Assembly: GCA_963747085.1 (NCBI GenBank)
Contig: CAVVDX010000001.1
Coordinates: 2,242,437-2,306,436, forward strand
Direction: 5' to 3'
Source: an uncultured Actinomycetota bacterium
GTDB lineage: Bacteria > Actinomycetota > Acidimicrobiia > Acidimicrobiales > Bog-793
Length of the DNA stretch: 64,000 nt
Below, in pieces: positions 43,723 through 55,584 of the stretch. How positions within the stretch are numbered: the stretch's first letter is position 1; each line of letters opens with the position of its first letter. The translations under genes and the position numbers were made by a program. The notes under the pieces were generated by a model. The model saw only the letters and a list, made by a program, of their open reading frames with translations, made no database searches and was not told the DNA's origin.

Positions 43723-45360
43723 ATGGTGGAGACTGCTGGCCGCGCCGATGCGTCCGGGGCGTCCGTGCCCGATGGGACCGGGCATGTTGCGCCGCTGCCG
43801 ACGCTCGACCCGATGGCTGCTCGCCTGACCGACCTGGCCCGGCGCAAGACGGAGGTGCTCGCCCCCGCCGGCGAGGCGGCGATCGTTGCGCAGCACGACC
43901 GCGGCAAGCTCACGGCTCGGGAGCGGATCGACTACCTGCTCGACGACGGCAGCTTCGACGAGGTCGGCTCGCTCGTGCGCCACCACGCCTTCGACAGCGG
44001 GCTCGACGGCGCGCCGGCCCTACACCGACGGCGTGGTCACCGGCTTCGGGACCATCGACGGCCGGCGGGTCTGCGTCTACTGCCAGGACTTCACCGTTCT
44101 CGGGGGGTCGCTCGGCGAGGCGCACGCCGAGAAGATCCACCGCATCCAGGACCTCGCGCTGCAGACGGGCGTCCCGCTCATCGGGATCTCCGACGGAGGT
44201 GGCGCCCGCATCCAGGAAGGCGTCGTCGGCCTGCACGGCTTCGGCGGCATCTTCCTCCGCAACGCCGCGCGCATCGGGCGTCGTCCCCCAGCTCTCGGTC
44301 GTGCTCGGTCCGTCGGCCGGAGGCGCGGTGTACTCGCCGGCGCTCACGGACTTCGTCTTCATGGTGCAGGGCACGAGCCACATGTTCATCACCGGGCCCG
44401 ACGTCGTCCGCACGGTGACCGGCGAGGACGTCAGCTTCGAGCAGCTCGGCGGCGCGACGACCCACGCCACCCGCTCCGGGGTTGCAGCCTTCGTCGCTTC
44501 CGACGAGAAGTCGCTGCTCGACGACGTGCGCTACCTGCTGTGCTTCCTGCCCTCGAACAACCTCGAGGAGCCCCCGTTCCAGCAGAGCGCCGACGATGCG
44601 ACCCGCACGGTGCCGGAGCTTCGCGAGCTCGTCCCGGCGCGACCCGAACCAGCCCTACGACATGAAGGCCCTCGTCGGCGCGGTCGTCGACGACGGCGAG
44701 TACCTCGAGTACTTCCCGCACTGGGCGATGAACCTGACCTGTGGCTTCGCCCGCATCGGCGGCCGGGTCGTCGGCGTCGTCGGCAACCAGCCGCAGGTCC
44801 TCGCCGGCGTGCTCGACATCGACGCCTCCGAGAAGGGCGCTCGGTTCATCCGCACCTGCGACGCGTTCAACATCCCGCTCGTCACCTTCGTCGACGTCCC
44901 CGGCTTCATGCCCGGCACCGACCAGGAGTACGGCGGGATCATCCGCAAGGGCGCCAAGCTGCTCTACGCATACTGCGAGGCGACCGTGCCGCGCATCCAG
45001 GTGATCGTCCGCAAGGCCTACGGCGGCGCGTACATCGTCATGGACTCGAAGTCGATCGGCGCCGACCTCTGCTTCGCCTGGCCGAGCGCCGAGCTGGCGG
45101 TGATGGGCCCGGAGGCGGCCGTCGAGATCGTGCACCGCCGCGACATCGCCGAGGCGGAGGACCGAGTGGCGCGGCGAGCCGAGCTCGTCGCCCACTACGC
45201 CGAGCGCTTCACCAACCCCTACCTCGCCGCCGAGCGCGGGTACGTCGACGACGTGATCGACCCTGCCGACACCCGTCGCGTGCTCGCCCGCGCCCTCGAG
45301 ATGCTCGCCTCCAAGCGGGAGGACCTCCCCAAGCGCAAGCATGGCAACGTCCCGCTCTGA
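43723..45360 (+). pseudogene. acyl-CoA carboxylase carboxyltransferase (beta) subunit, propionyl/acetyl-CoA type, frameshifted as assembled
   Basis: [78 protein letters not shown] and [11 protein letters not shown]. Frames 1,2,0,1 with breaks near 44.01, 44.28 and 44.64 kb. Alternative start ATG 43813. Confidence 0.85.
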
Positions 45361-45643
45361 TCACGAGGCCCCGGCCGCCGCCGAGGTTCCCGCCTTCTCG
45401 CCGCCGGGTGCGGGATGGATCCCACCGCCGCCGCTGGCTGCCAGCCCCGAGATCGTCGCGCTGGTAGCCGGCGCCGTCGAGACCGTCGAGTCGAGGCGTA
45501 CGGGTACGCAGGCCCCGGACCTCGGTGTGGCGGCACCGCCCGGCGGGTCGGGTTGGCAGCGCCGTGAGCCTCGCGCCTGGTGGTCCTCGACACGGTGGTG
45601 GTCGAGGGCACCGCAACAGCGCCGCCAACGACCCCGCCCCTGA
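45341..45643 (+). CDS. possible acyl-CoA carboxylase epsilon subunit
   Basis: Small ORF immediately after the beta subunit. [12 protein letters not shown] and a Trp/Arg-rich end loosely resemble ACC epsilon proteins. Weak call. Confidence 0.3.
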   Translation: MATSRSDHEAPAAAEVPAFSPPGAGWIPPPPLAASPEIVALVAGAVETVESRRTGTQAPDLGVAAPPGGSGWQRREPRAWWSSTRWWSRAPQQRRQRPRP

Positions 45644-45702
45644 CGGGCCTCCCGGTACGCACCGGTCGAACGTGCGTTCGTCGAGCTGGGGAGCCGGCGG
45701 CC

Positions 45703-45708
45703 TACAAT
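45703..45708 (+). promoter_or_regulatory. candidate -10 hexamer TACAAT for leaderless lhr
   Basis: Ends 6 nt before GTG 45715; no SD. Confidence 0.3.
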
Positions 45709-45714
45709 GCAGAG

Positions 45715-48700
45715 GTGCAACGCAGCGACCGCGCCGACGAATCGATTGCCGCGCTGGACGGCTTCCACCCGGCGGTCGCCGAGTGGTTCCGGCGGCGCTT
45801 CCCCGGGGGCCCGACGCCCGCCCAGGCACTCGGCTGGGCCTCGATCGCCGCCGGCGAGGACACGCTCATCGCCGCACCGACGGGCTCGGGCAAGACCCTC
45901 GCCGGCTTCCTCGTCGCGATCGACCGCTGCTTCCGCTCGGTCCTCGAGCGCCACCGGCCGGGAACCGCAGTCCTCTACGTCTCCCCGTTGCGGGCGCTCA
46001 CCGTCGACGTCCGGGAGAACCTCGAGACGCCGCTGCAGGAGATCTCCGCCATCGCCGCCGAGCTCGGCCTCGAGGTTCCGCCGTTGCGTGTCGCCGTGCG
46101 CAACGGCGACACGCCCCAGTCGGCACGCGCCGCGATGGTGCGTGACCGCCCCGAGATCGTCGTCACGACTCCCGAGTCGCTCTACCTGCTGCTCACCGCC
46201 CCGAGGGGCCGGGCGATGCTGCGCACGGTCGAGACGGTGATCGTCGACGAGATCCACGCCCTGGCCCGCGACAAGCGTGGCTCGCACCTTGCGCTCAGCC
46301 TCGAGCGCCTCGACCGCTGCGTGCTCGCGCCCGAGCCGACCGGCCCCGACGGCGAGGCGCCGGTGCCCGAGGATCTCATGGCGCGCCGCCGCCCGACGCG
46401 CATCGGCCTCTCCGCCACGCAACGCCCGATCGACGCCATCGCCCGCCTCCTCGTCGGGTCGGGAGCGGGGCGCAGCCGCGAGGACGGATCGCCACGTTGC
46501 GCCATCGTCGACGTCGGTCACCGCCGGCGCCTCGACGTCGCGATCGAGCTGCCCGGCAGCGAGCTCGAGGCGGTGATGGCCACCGAGCAACTGCTCGAGG
46601 TGATCGGCCGCATCGGCGAGCTGATCGCCGCCCACCGCACGACGCTCGTGTTCACCAACACACGCCGGATGGCCGAGCGCATCGCCCACCTGCTCGGCGA
46701 GATCCTCGGGGACGACGTGGTGAGCGCCCACCACGGCAGCCTCTCCACCCAGAAGCGCCTCTCGATCGAGCGTCGCCTGCGTGCCGGCGAGCTGCGCGCC
46801 GTCGTCGCCACCGCCTCGCTGGAGCTCGGCATCGACGTCGGGCCGGTCGACCTCGTCTGCCAGCTCGCCTCGCCGCGCAGCATCGCCACGTTCCTGCAGC
46901 GGGTCGGGCGCGCCGAGCACCGCCTCGACGGCGTGCCGAAGGGCCGCCTGTTCCCGCTGACGCGGGACGAGCTGGTGGAGTGCGTTGCGCTGCTCGGGGC
47001 GATCGCCGAGGGGGACCTCGATGCCACCTGCATCCCCGTTGCGCCCCTCGACATCCTCGCCCAGCAGCTCGTCGCCGAGTGCGCCGCCGCCGGGCCCGAC
47101 GGGATCCCCGAGGCGGAGCTGCGCGAGCTGGTGCGGTCGGCGACACCGTATGCCGACCTCGGCGACGAGGACTTCGAGGCAGTCGTCGAGCTCGTCAGCA
47201 ACGGCGTCACGACCGGTCGCGGGCCGCGTGGCGCCCACCTTCACCGTGACCGCGGTCAACGGCATGCTGCGCGCCCGGCGGGGCGCCCGCCTGACGGCCG
47301 CGACCTCCGGCGGGGCGATCCCGGAGCTGGCCGACTACAAGGTGCTCGCCGAACCGGACGAGGCGGTCGTCGGCACCGTGCACGAGGACTGGGCCGTCGA
47401 GGCGATGGCCGGCGACGTGTTCCTCCTCGGCTCGAGCACGTGGCGCATCCGCCGGGTGGAGCAGGGCGTGGTGCGCGTCGTCGACGCCGAGGGCGCAACG
47501 CCGACGCTGCCCTTCTGGCTCGGCGAGGCCCCGGGACGGACAGCGGAGCTGGCCGACGCGGTGTGCACGTTGCGCTCGATCGTCGAGCGGTCGTTGCGCG
47601 GGCGCCGCTCTGACGGCGACGGCGACGGCGACGGCGCCGACGGCGACGGCGCGGACGTGCGCGACGGCGTGGAGATCGTGCCCGCCGGCGGCACCTGGCC
47701 ACCCCCAGCCCTCGCCGCCGCCCGCCGGGCGGTGACGGAGTGGTCCGGGGTGGACGATCGCGCCGCCGACGAGGTCGTCGCCTACCTCGCCGCCGCGCTC
47801 GCCCAGCTCGGCGTGCTGCCCACCAAGTCACAGCTCGTGCTCGAGCGGTTCTTCGACGACACCGGCGGGATGCAGCTCGTCGTGCACGCCCCCTTCGGGG
47901 CGCGGGTCAACCGCGGCCTCGGGCTCGCGTTGCGCAAGAAGTTCTGCCGCAGCTTCGACTTCGAGCTGCAGGCGGCGGCCAACGACGACGCCGTCGTGCT
48001 CTCGCTCGGGCCGCAGCACTCCTTCCCGCTCGAGGAGGTCACCCGCTACCTCGCGCCGCAGACCGTGCGCGACACCCTCGTCCAGGCGGTGCTGCCGACG
48101 CCGATCTTCACCAGCCGCTGGCGCTGGAACCTCGGCCGCTCGCTCGTCTCCCCCCGTTACCGGGGCACCCGCCACCTCCCGCCGGCGATCCAGCGGATGG
48201 AGGCCGACGACCTGATGGCGGCGATCTTCCCCGCCCTCGCCGCCTGCCAGGAGAACGCCGGCGGCGGCCCGATCGAGATCCCCGACCACCCGATCGTGCG
48301 CCAGACCCTGGCGGACTGCCTGAGCGAGGCGATCGACCTCGAGGGCGTCACCGGGCTCGTGCGCGGGCTTCGCAACGGGGAGATCGCGGCGCGTTGCGTC
48401 GACGTCCCCGAACCGTCGTTGCTCGCCCACGAGATCATCTCCGGCCGGCCCTACACCTACCTCGACGACGCGCCACTCGAGGAGCGGCGCACGCGGGCGG
48501 TGTCGTTGCGGCGGGGCATCCCGCTCGAGGCGCACGACCTGACGACGCTCGATCCCTCGGCGGTGGCCGAGGTCAGCGCCGAGGTGGCCCCCGACCCCCG
48601 CGACGCCGAGGAGCTGCACGAGCTGCTGTGCTCGGCGCTGCTCGTCGCCCCCGATCCGCGCTGGGGCGAGCTGTTCGAGCGCCTCGTCGCCTCGGGCCGG

Positions 48701-50397
48701 GCGATGGCCGTCACCCCGCCAGCCGGCGCGCCTACCGCCGGCGCGCCGCCAGCCGGCGGCTCCACCGCCGCTTCGCTGCGCTGGTGCGCCACCGAGCGCC
48801 GCGCCGCCGTCGGTGCGCTGTGGCCCGGCGCAGCCTTCGACCCCGACCACCCCCTGCCGCCGGCGCTGGCGTCCACCGCCGCGCCGGACGCCTCCGAGGC
48901 GCTCGTCTCCGCCCTGCGCGGGCAGCTCGAGCTGACCGGGCCGATCGAGGCGGTCCAGCTCGCCGCCCGCCTCGGCGGCAGCATCTCGCCGGCGGCGGTG
49001 CTGAGCGCGCTGGCGGTGCTGGAGCGGGAGGGCTCGGTGTTGCGGGTCGGCGAGGACCGGTGGTGCGCGCGGCGCCTCGTCGCCCGAATCCACGCCCGCC
49101 AGCGTGACCGCGAGCGCGCCCGTTACCAGCCCGTGACGACGCAACACTTCATGCGTTTCCTCCTCCGCTGGCAGCACGTTTCCGCGGGACACGCGCCGCC
49201 GGGGTGCACGGGCTCGCCGAGGTGATCGGCCAGCTGCAGGGGGTCGAGGCGCCGATCGGCGCCTTCGAGGAGTCGATCCTGCCGGCGAGGGTCCAGGGTT
49301 ACCAGGCGCACCTGCTCGACGAGCTCGCCGCCAACGGCGAGCTCGCCTGGGGGCGGCTGAGCCCGCGGCCGGAGGTCGAGGGCGAGGTACGGCGCGCCGC
49401 CGCCGTGCCGTCCCGGGCGACGCCGGTCACCCTCGCCCGCCGCGGCGACCTCGACTGGCTGCTCTCGGCGGTGCGCGGCGACGCGTCGCTGCCCGACCCC
49501 GGACCCGGACCGGCAGCCGACGTGCTGGAGGCGTTGCGTGAGCGCGGGGCGCTCTTCTTCGCCGATCTGTGCGAGCTCACGGGGCGTCTTCCGACCGAGG
49601 TCGCCGAGGGGCTGTGGGACGGTGTCGCCCGCGGCCGGGTGACCTCCGACGGCTTCGGCGCGGTGCGGGCGTTGCTCTCCGGCCGCTATCGCGAGGTTCG
49701 CCACCGGCCGACCGGGTCGTTGCGGCGCGGCTGGTGGCGGACCGGAGCCGCCGGCTTCGCGACCGGTCCGTACGGCCAGGGACGAGCCGAGAGCGCCGGC
49801 CTGGCGCCGAGGCGACCGGTCGCCGGCGGTCCCGGGTTCACCGCCGGTGGGCCGGCCGACGCGGGCAGGCCCGTGCGCCGGCCGGTCCCGGCACGCGCCG
49901 TGCGGCCGGCGCTCGCCGGCGGCCGGTGGTCGGTGCTCGAGTGGGCGCCGGCTTCCGCGTTCGAGCGCGAGGACCTGGCAGAGGCCGTGGCGATGCAGCT
50001 GCTCGGTCGCTGGGGTGTCGTCTTCCGCGACCTCGCGATCCGCGAGGCCTGGTCGGTGCCCTGGCGCGACGTGCTGTTCGCGCTCCGCCGGCTCGAGGCA
50101 CGCGGCGTCGTGCGCGGCGGCCGGTTCGTCGCGGGCCTCTCCGGCGAGCAGTACGCCCTCCCCGAGGCGCTGGACGCGCTGCGGCGCGTCGTCTCGACGC
50201 CACTCGGCGGCGAGATCGTTCGGCTGTCGGCCGCCGATCCGCTCAATCTCACCGGGATCGTCCTCCCGGGCCCGCGCTTGCCGGCGTTGCGTGGCGGGGT
50301 GCTGCTGCTCGTCGACGGCGTGCCCGCCACTGGAGAGGACCACTCGGCCCGGCCGGCACGACGGGGCCGGCGGCAGCCCGAAGCCTCGGCTCGCTGA
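45715..50397 (+). pseudogene. lhr: Lhr-family ATP-dependent DEAD/DEAH-box helicase (about 1560 aa), frameshifted as assembled
   Basis: FHPAVAEWFRRRF, AAPTGSGKTLAGFL, VIVDEIHAL, FTNTRRMAE, and ATASLELGIDVG. The long Lhr C-terminal region continues through ORFs 46985- and 49204-. Breaks near 47215 and 49190-49205. Confidence 0.85.
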
Positions 50398-50472
50398 CCC
50401 TCGTCGCGCAAGCAACGCGACGCCGGCCGGCAGCTCGCCGACCACGCAGCACGGCCGCTCGCCGCGCCGACC

Positions 50473-51357
50473 TTACAGGTACTCGCGCACCCCGGCCTCG
50501 TGGGTGACGTCACGCAGCTGGGTGGCGAGGTCGCCCGTGAAGGCGTCGCCCATCTTGCCCCACCGCATCGTCGGTAGGACGGTCCGGCGGCGTGCGTCCT
50601 CGAGCAGGAGGGCCAGACCTGCGTACAGCGCCGTCACGGCGAGCAGCAGGGTCAGCGCACCGGCGGCGATCTCGACGTTCTTGCCGCCGTAGACGAGGTA
50701 GACGCCCGACAGCACGAACGCCGGCAGGCCCGTTATCGGGACCAGTGCGAGGGCGAGCTTCTGGATGCCGGAGGCGATCAGGCAGCAGATCACCGCGCCG
50801 AGCGCGAAGTACCAGATGCCGAGGGTCTCCAGTCCGTCCCGTGGCGAGGTCACGTCGACGATCGCGGTGACGAGCCAGACCCCCGCAAAGGTGATCATCA
50901 GCGTGGCAGCGATGACGTCGCGGCCCGGGATGGCGGCGATCCCGGCGATCAGCTGGGCGACGACCGTGGCGAAGAGCAGGATGCCGATCGCCTTGGAGGC
51001 GCTCACCGGGAGCAGCCCGACCAGCTGGACCCCCGTGATCGTGGCGGCGGCGGCGAGGCCGAAGAAGCCAAGTGGCAGGCCCGACGCGATCGGTCGCAGC
51101 ACGACCGTCGCCGGCACGCCGTTCACGTAGGCGGCTCGTGATGGGAGGGAGGGCGCGGAGGGGATCGGTGCCGGGAGGGGGCCGTTCGCGCCGAGGCCGG
51201 CGCCCACGGCGACCGGCGGGGCGGTGCCGACGACGCCCGGCGCACTCAACGCCTGGTCCAGCGGGGCCCGTGGGACTGCGGAGACCGCCCTGACGGACGC
51301 GTCGGAATCTCCGGCGAGCCACGACGGATCCTCGGCGATGGGGTCGGGGCTCGCCAA
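50473..51357 (-). CDS. six-TM membrane protein, GPR1/FUN34/YaaH (SatP acetate/succinate channel)-like
   Basis: RPIASGLPLGFFGLAAA resembles the NPAPLGL signature, followed by about 6 TM helices. Long Pro/Ala-rich N-terminus. Family call tentative. Confidence 0.45.
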   Translation of the reverse strand: MASPDPIAEDPSWLAGDSDASVRAVSAVPRAPLDQALSAPGVVGTAPPVAVGAGLGANGPLPAPIPSAPSLPSRAAYVNGVPATVVLRPIASGLPLGFFGLAAAATITGVQLVGLLPVSASKAIGILLFATVVAQLIAGIAAIPGRDVIAATLMITFAGVWLVTAIVDVTSPRDGLETLGIWYFALGAVICCLIASGIQKLALALVPITGLPAFVLSGVYLVYGGKNVEIAAGALTLLLAVTALYAGLALLLEDARRRTVLPTMRWGKMGDAFTGDLATQLRDVTHEAGVREYL

Positions 51358-51467
51358 TGATCATCCTTTCGCCTTGCACGGGGGCTACCCCTCACCCGCC
51401 GAGGCCATTCGTCGGTCGACGGCGCGCAGCGCACCCGAGAATCGACCCGGACCGCGCGACACGTCGC

Positions 51468-51482
51468 CGATATATCGCGATA
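51468..51482. promoter_or_regulatory. AT-rich overlapping palindromes CGATATATCG / TATCGCGATA
   Basis: The only AT-rich island in the 270-bp divergent region between the SatP-like gene and padR. Confidence 0.3.
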
Positions 51483-51628
51483 CTCTCTCGATGAGTCGGT
51501 CGGACCGGACGCAGGCAGCTGAGCTACCCGCCGCAGGCAGCCGGGTCCCGCCCGCCAGGTCCTGTCGGACCGGGCCCGCGGAGTCGACCGCGAACCGATA
51601 CGACCAGTGGACACAAGGAGAAACCCAG

Positions 51629-52297
51629 ATGAGATACGGACCACACGACCAAGGACAGCCGCGCCGCCACGGACACGGGCACGGCCACGACCACGGATAC
51701 GGCCCCGGGGAGGGCTTCGGCGAAGGACGCCGCGGCCATCACGGCCCGTTCGGCGGCGGCGGGGGCTGGTTCGGCCCCGGCTTCGGACCGAAGGGGCGTG
51801 GCGGCTTCGGCCCGCCGCCTTGGGTGCGTGAGCGCTTCGGCCCCGGAGGGGGCCGGGCACGCCGCGGCGACGTGCGCTTCGCACTGCTCGCGTTGCTCGC
51901 CGAGCGGCCGATGCACGGCTACGAGATGATCCAGGAGCTCGACACCCGCACCGACGGCGCGTGGCGACCGAGCCCGGGCTCGGTGTACCCGACGCTGCAG
52001 CTGCTCGAGGACGAGGGGCTGGTGAGCGCGTCGGAGGTCGACGGGCGCCGCACCTTCGCCATCACCGACGCCGGTCGGCAGGTCCTCGCCGAGCGCGGCG
52101 ACCGCCTGCCGCCGTGGGAGGAGGTCACCGCCGGGCTCGACCCGTCGATCTTCCGCCTCGGCGACGAGGTGCGCCAGCTGCTCGGCGCGGCGTTCGAAGT
52201 CGGGCGCAACGGCACAGCGGAGCAGCGCCAGCAAGCCGAGGCGATCGTCGCCGAAGCCCGCCGGCGCCTCTATGGCATCCTCGCCACAGAGGCATGA
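51629..52297 (+). CDS. PadR-family transcriptional regulator with His/Gly-rich N-terminal extension
   Basis: ATG after AAGGAGAAA. Winged helix LLALLAERPMHGYEMIQELD...GSVYPTLQLLEDEGLV. N-terminus HGHGHGHDHGYGPGEGFGEG... Confidence 0.85.
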   Translation: MRYGPHDQGQPRRHGHGHGHDHGYGPGEGFGEGRRGHHGPFGGGGGWFGPGFGPKGRGGFGPPPWVRERFGPGGGRARRGDVRFALLALLAERPMHGYEMIQELDTRTDGAWRPSPGSVYPTLQLLEDEGLVSASEVDGRRTFAITDAGRQVLAERGDRLPPWEEVTAGLDPSIFRLGDEVRQLLGAAFEVGRNGTAEQRQQAEAIVAEARRRLYGILATEA

Positions 52298-52574
52298 TGC
52301 CCCGACGTTGACGCCCGAAGTTCGTGGTCGTCGACGTACCTCAGCGGTGGCTGGCCCGGCCGGCCGGTTCCCTTCGGCGCCGGCCGGCCGATTCGCGCCG
52401 CCGCCGCCCTCGTCCCCCGGGGCGCAGCCCATGAGACCTGCCAGGGGGCCTTCGGCCCTGGCGCCACGGGCGGACACGCCGCGAGACTGGCGGCGTGACC
52501 CTACCCTGGTCACGGGTATCACGATCCCCCCGGGTGAGCGCGTCCAGGCATCACGGCGCGACGAGGAGGAGCAG

Positions 52575-53000
52575 ATGCAGGCAAAGGGAGAACCGGTGGC
52601 CGAGCAGCTGTCGAGCGCGGAGTGCCTCGAGGTCCTCGAGCGCAACGATCTCGGCCGCCTCGCCGTGGTCCTCGACGACGGCCAGCCCGACCTGTTCCCC
52701 GTCAACTACGTCCTCGACGGCAACCGCGTCGTGTTCCGCTCCCTCTCCGGCACCAAGCTCGACCACGCCGCGCTCGCCAAGGTCGCCTTCGAGGTCGACG
52801 AGCGCGACGAGCACAGCGCGGTGAGCGTGGTGGTCAAAGGGGTGGGTCGGGAGATCACGACGGCGATGGACCCCGAGTCCGAGCGCCAGCGCGAGCTCGA
52901 GCTCGAGACGCCCCTCGAGGGCGACCACTGGGTGCGCATCGTTCCGGCGCAGATCACCGGGCGCCGCCTGTACGGTCCCGGCGCCGGGCGCGGCGACTGA
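52575..53000 (+). CDS. pyridoxamine 5'-phosphate oxidase-like (FMN/F420 split-barrel) family protein
   Basis: ATG after [39 protein letters not shown]. Confidence 0.7.
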   Translation: MQAKGEPVAEQLSSAECLEVLERNDLGRLAVVLDDGQPDLFPVNYVLDGNRVVFRSLSGTKLDHAALAKVAFEVDERDEHSAVSVVVKGVGREITTAMDPESERQRELELETPLEGDHWVRIVPAQITGRRLYGPGAGRGD

Positions 53001-53077
53001 TCGACGGGGTGGGCGGGGGCGCATGCGCGCCCGCACCCAGCAGGATCGACCAGCGCAGTTCAGGGAAAGGATCGAGT

Positions 53078-55526
53078 GTGACGACCACGACGGCCCCTGA
53101 CAGCGACGAGCAGCGCAGGCACGAGCGTGGTCCGCTGGACCCCGACGAGCTCGACCGGATCGACGCCTGGTGGCGCGCCGCCAACTACCTGTCCGTCGGC
53201 CAGATCTACCTGCGCGCTAACCCGCTGCTCAACGAGCCGCTCTCGCCCGACCACGTCAAGGCGCGCCTGCTCGGCCACTGGGGCACGACGCCCGGCCTCA
53301 ACCTCGTCTACGCGCACGCCAACCGCGTGATCAAGCGCAACGGCTTGAGCGCCATCTTCGTCTGCGGCCCCGGTCACGGCGGACCCGCCGTCCTGGCGAG
53401 CACCTGGCTCGAGGGGAGCTACTCCGAGATCTACCCGCACATCGGTCGCGACGCCGCGGGGATGGAGCGGCTGTTCCACCAGTTCTCCTATCCCGGCGGC
53501 GTCCCGAGCCACGCGGCGCCCGAGACCCCGGGCTCGATCAACGAGGGCGGCGAGCTCGGCTACTCGCTGCTGCACGCCTACGGCGCCGTGCTCGACGACC
53601 CCGACCTCGTCGCCTTCTGCGTGATCGGCGACGGCGAGGCCGAGACCGGGGCGCTGGCGACGAGCTGGCACTCCAACAAGTTCCTCAATCCCGCCCGGGA
53701 CGGGGCCGTCGTGCCGATCCTGCACCTCAACGGGTACAAGATCGCCGGGCCGACCGTGCTCGCCCGCATCTCCGAGGGCGAGCTGCTGGCCTTGCTCGAG
53801 GGGTACGGCTACCACCCGATCGTCGTCGCCGGCGACGACCCCGCTGTCGTGCACCAGGCCCTCGCCGCCGCGTTCGACGACATCGTCGATGAGATCGGCG
53901 CGATCCGGCGCCATGCCCGCCGGCCCGGCGGCCCGGGCGTCGCCAGGGCCGAGCGCCCGACCTGGCCGATGCTCGTGTTGCGCACGCCGAAGGGCTGGAC
54001 CGGTCCGCACGAGGTGGACGGCCTGCTCGTCGAGGGCACCTGGCGGGCCCACCAGGTGCCGCTCGACGCCGTGCGGACCAACCCCGAGCACCTCGCCTGC
54101 TCGAGTCCTGGATGCGCAGCTACCGCCCGCGGGAGCTGTTCGACGGGGACGGTCGCCCGGTGCCCTCGATCCTCGATCAGGCTCCCGAGGGCGACCGGCG
54201 GATGGGCGCCAACCCGGCGGCCAACGGCGGGCTGGTGCTCGTCGACGCTCGACCTGCCGGATTTCCGGGACTACGGCGTCGAGGTCGGCGCGCCCGGCGT
54301 GCAGTCGAGCGAGACGACCCGCGTGCTCGGGACGTGGCTGCGCGACGTCATGCGCGCCAACTCCGACCGCTTCCGGGTGATGGGCCCGGACGAGACGGCC
54401 TCCAACCGCCTCGAGGCGCTGTTCGAGGTGACCGACCGGGTGCTGCTCGGCGAGCACCTGCCGACCGACGAGCACGTCTCGGCGGGCGGGCGGGTGATGG
54501 AGGTCCTCTCCGAGCACTGCTGCCAGGGCTGGCTCGAGGGCTACCTCCTCTCGGGCCGGCACGGGCTGTTCAACTGCTACGAGGGGTTCATCCACATCGT
54601 CGACTCGATGTTCAACCAGCATGCCAAGTGGTTGGAGACGTCGCGTCAGCTGCCATGGCGGGCGCCGGTCGCCTCGCTCAACTACCTGCTCTCGAGCCAC
54701 GTCTGGCGCCAGGACCACAACGGCTTCTCGCACCAGGATCCTGGTTTTGTCGATCTCGTCGTCAACAAGAAGGCGGAGGTGGTGCGCGTCTACTTCCCGC
54801 CGGACGCCAACTGCCTGCTGTCGGTGATGGACCACTGCCTGCGCAGTCGCGACTACGTCAACGTCGTGATCGCCGGCAAGCAGCCGACGCTCGACTGGCT
54901 GAGCATGGACGAGGCCGTCGACCACTGCACGCGGGGCATCGGCATCTGGCCCTTTGCCAGCAACGACCAGGGCGGCGAGCCCGACGTCGTGCTCGCCTGC
55001 TGCGGCGACGTGCCCGACCCTCGAGACCCTCGCGGCCGCGGACTTCCTGCGGCGCAACCTGCCCGAGCTGCGCATCCGGGTCGTCAACGTCGTCGACCTG
55101 ATGCGCCTGCAGCCCGAGGTCGAGCACCCCCACGGCCTGCCCGACGCCGAGTTCGACGCGCTGTTCACGACGAACCGACCGGTGATCTTCGCCTACCACG
55201 GCTATCCCTGGCTGATCCATCGCCTCACCTACCGGCGCCACAACCACGCCAACCTGCACGTGCGCGGCTACAAGGAAGAGGGCACCACCACGACGCCGTT
55301 CGACATGGTGATGATGAACGACCTCGACCGGTTCCACCTCGTGATGGACGTGATCGACCGGGTCCCGGGGCTCGGCGTCGCGCCGCCGAGCTGCGCCAGC
55401 ACGGCGACGGACCTCCGCGCCGAGGCGCGCCGCTACACGCGCGAGCAGGGCGAGGACCTGCCCGAGATCTCGGACTGGACCTGGCCCGCCTCCGACCGCG
55501 GGCCCGCCGGCGCAGCGCGCAGCTGA
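53078..55526 (+). pseudogene. xfp: xylulose-5-phosphate/fructose-6-phosphate phosphoketolase, frameshifted as assembled
   Basis: [53 protein letters not shown] and [18 protein letters not shown]. Breaks near 54.10, 54.25 and 55.02 kb. Confidence 0.9.
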
Positions 55527-55584
55527 GCAGCGCGGAGCTGATCAGCGCCGGCGACTCACCCCGTAGCGTCGATCCGCGAGCTCC

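Noticed and set aside
45361-47265. 634-aa minus-strand ORF opposite lhr, and similar long ORFs (28159..30201 minus, 30711..32963 plus, 21792..23465 minus, 60388..62082 plus, 60590..62302 minus, 39002..40735 plus)
   Set aside because: All overlap genes with clear conserved motifs on the other strand or frame. One runs through two tRNAs and the SRP RNA. Their composition is low-complexity Arg/Ala/Gly/Pro.
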